DNA of 40,000 nucleotides, from positions 1 to 40,000 of the forward strand of contig JBFWYO010000033.1 of NCBI GenBank assembly GCA_050186335.1, written 5' to 3'. The notes under the pieces were generated by a model. It was not told the DNA's origin. It saw nothing but the letters and a program-made list of their open reading frames with translations, and made no database searches. Position 1 is the stretch's first letter, and each line of letters starts with the position of its first letter. Source of the stretch: Alphaproteobacteria bacterium. Its GTDB lineage: Bacteria > Pseudomonadota > Alphaproteobacteria > Bin65. The translations under genes were made by a program, and so were the position numbers. Positions 38,997 through 40,000 of the stretch are shown piece after piece.

Positions 38997-40000
38997 GACT
39001 TGCCCCCGCCGATCAGCTCTTCGCGTTTGACGAAGCCCAGCCACGTGCCGACCTTGTCGCGCAGGAAGCCGGCGATGCCTTGCGGGAAGAAGGTCGCGAT
39101 GACGATGATGATGAGACCCAGCCCGGCCTGCCAGTATTTGGCGAAGAAACCGATGCCGATCAGGTTCCAGAATTTCGGGTTCGAGATCGTATCGCGCAGC
39201 CATTCGTAGGCGGCGGCGCCGACCAGCGGGCCGCCCAGGGTCTGCACGCCGCCGAACAGCACCATCATCAGCGCGTCGATCGAGTGCGGGATGTCCATTA
39301 CGGTCGGGAATACGCTGCCCTTGGCGTAAACGTGCAGCACGCCCGCGATGCCGGCGAACGCGCCGGCGATGGTGAAGGCGAACCATTGGTGCCGGCGCAC
39401 GTCGATGCCGATCGCATCCGCCCGGCGCGGCGAATCGCGGCCCGCGCGCATCGTGTAGCCGAACGGCGCATACAGGATTCGCCGCAGCAGGAACGCGCCG
39501 CCGATGCACAGCAGCAGCGTCAGATAATAATAGACCAGCTTGTTCGCCGCCCACGAACTCGGCCGGATCGACAGGATGCCGTCCTCGCCGCCGGTCGCCT
39601 CGTTCCATTGGAAGATCACCGACCAGACGATCTGCGCGAACGCCAGCGTCAGCATCGCCAGGTACACGCCGGCCAGGCGCACCGCGAACCAACCGAACAC
39701 GAAGGCGCCGAACGCCGCCGCGATGGCGCCGGCGACGATGCCGAACTCCATCGGCACGGCGAAGAACTTCACCATCAGCGCGGCGCCGTACGCGCCGAGC
39801 CCGAAATACGCAGCGTGGCCGAACGACACCATGCCGCCCGGGCCCATGATGAAATGCAAGCTGGCGGCGAACAGCACGAGAATCAGAATGTCGATCGCGA
39901 GAATGACCGTGCCCGGACCGAGCGCCGGCAGCGCGATCAGGGCGAGCGCCACGATCAGATACAGCAGCTTCAGGCGCGGCTCGGCCGGCCGCAGCGGCGC
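38993..40000 (-). CDS. livM: branched-chain amino acid-type ABC transporter permease (LivM-like); 5' end probably outside the window
   Basis: A polytopic membrane protein containing SFGHAAYFGLGAY and GGEDGI. The reading frame stays open to position 40000 (..APLRPAEPRLKLLYLIVALALI..), so the ATG at 39952 may not be the true start. An ATGA overlaps livG. Confidence 0.8.
   Translation of the reverse strand, partial: APLRPAEPRLKLLYLIVALALIALPALGPGTVILAIDILILVLFAASLHFIMGPGGMVSFGHAAYFGLGAYGAALMVKFFAVPMEFGIVAGAIAAAFGAFVFGWFAVRLAGVYLAMLTLAFAQIVWSVIFQWNEATGGEDGILSIRPSSWAANKLVYYYLTLLLCIGGAFLLRRILYAPFGYTMRAGRDSPRRADAIGIDVRRHQWFAFTIAGAFAGIAGVLHVYAKGSVFPTVMDIPHSIDALMMVLFGGVQTLGGPLVGAAAYEWLRDTISNPKFWNLIGIGFFAKYWQAGLGLIIIVIATFFPQGIAGFLRDKVGTWLGFVKREELIGGGKS

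Noticed and set aside
35355-39209. 1284-aa ORF on the plus strand, the longest in the track
   Set aside because: It runs antisense to four well-supported genes (hyuA, livF, livG, livM). Its translation is Arg/Ala/Gly/His-rich low-complexity sequence with no recognisable motif. It is the typical stop-codon-poor antisense frame of GC-rich DNA.
1-40000. Mobile elements, prophage or defence islands, and tRNA/rRNA genes
   Set aside because: No credible ORF shows integrase, transposase, phage structural, restriction-modification or known defence-system motifs. The intergenic gaps are short and occupied by REP elements or promoters. I saw no cloverleaf-like sequence or rRNA-like segment. This is a manual scan, so a tRNAscan/Infernal run would be the definitive check.

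Overview
The window is a GC-rich chromosomal segment. Third codon positions are almost always G/C, and the REP-type palindromes are of the kind I associate with Bradyrhizobiaceae-like Alphaproteobacteria. I found about 40 protein-coding genes and no rRNA, tRNA, CRISPR array, transposase or integrase. Gene order is as follows. (1) GntR regulator, PanE-like reductase and class II aldolase. (2) A DUF1800/DUF1501 pair and a BenE transporter. (3) A minus-strand operon of LigB-type dioxygenase, VOC protein and an uncharacterised MetE/UROD-like protein. (4) Diverging from it, a long translationally coupled plus-strand operon (9257-22067): small HTH protein, NitT/TauT-type ABC importer, cupin, Rieske oxygenase, SDR, alpha/beta hydrolase, IclR, type I extradiol dioxygenase, SDR, ThDP enzyme, aspartate-dehydrogenase homologue and aldehyde dehydrogenase. 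(5) MarR-EmrA-EmrB efflux genes, an orphan flavin monooxygenase, a DMT transporter and ChaC. (6) A small secreted Cys-rich protein, a second copy of the MetE/UROD-like protein, a zinc-ribbon SAM methyltransferase and a secreted protein of unknown function. (7) RlmI, then hyuB-hyuA with livF-livG-livM. The most interesting items are the orphan aromatic-type catabolic operon with no assignable substrate, the two paralogues of an uncharacterised putative Zn enzyme family, and the Cys-rich secreted protein with its neighbours. Two families of REP-like palindromes fill many intergenic gaps. Many long ORFs in the track are antisense or off-frame GC artefacts and were rejected. All functional calls come from reading the translations and recalling family motifs; no database search was run.
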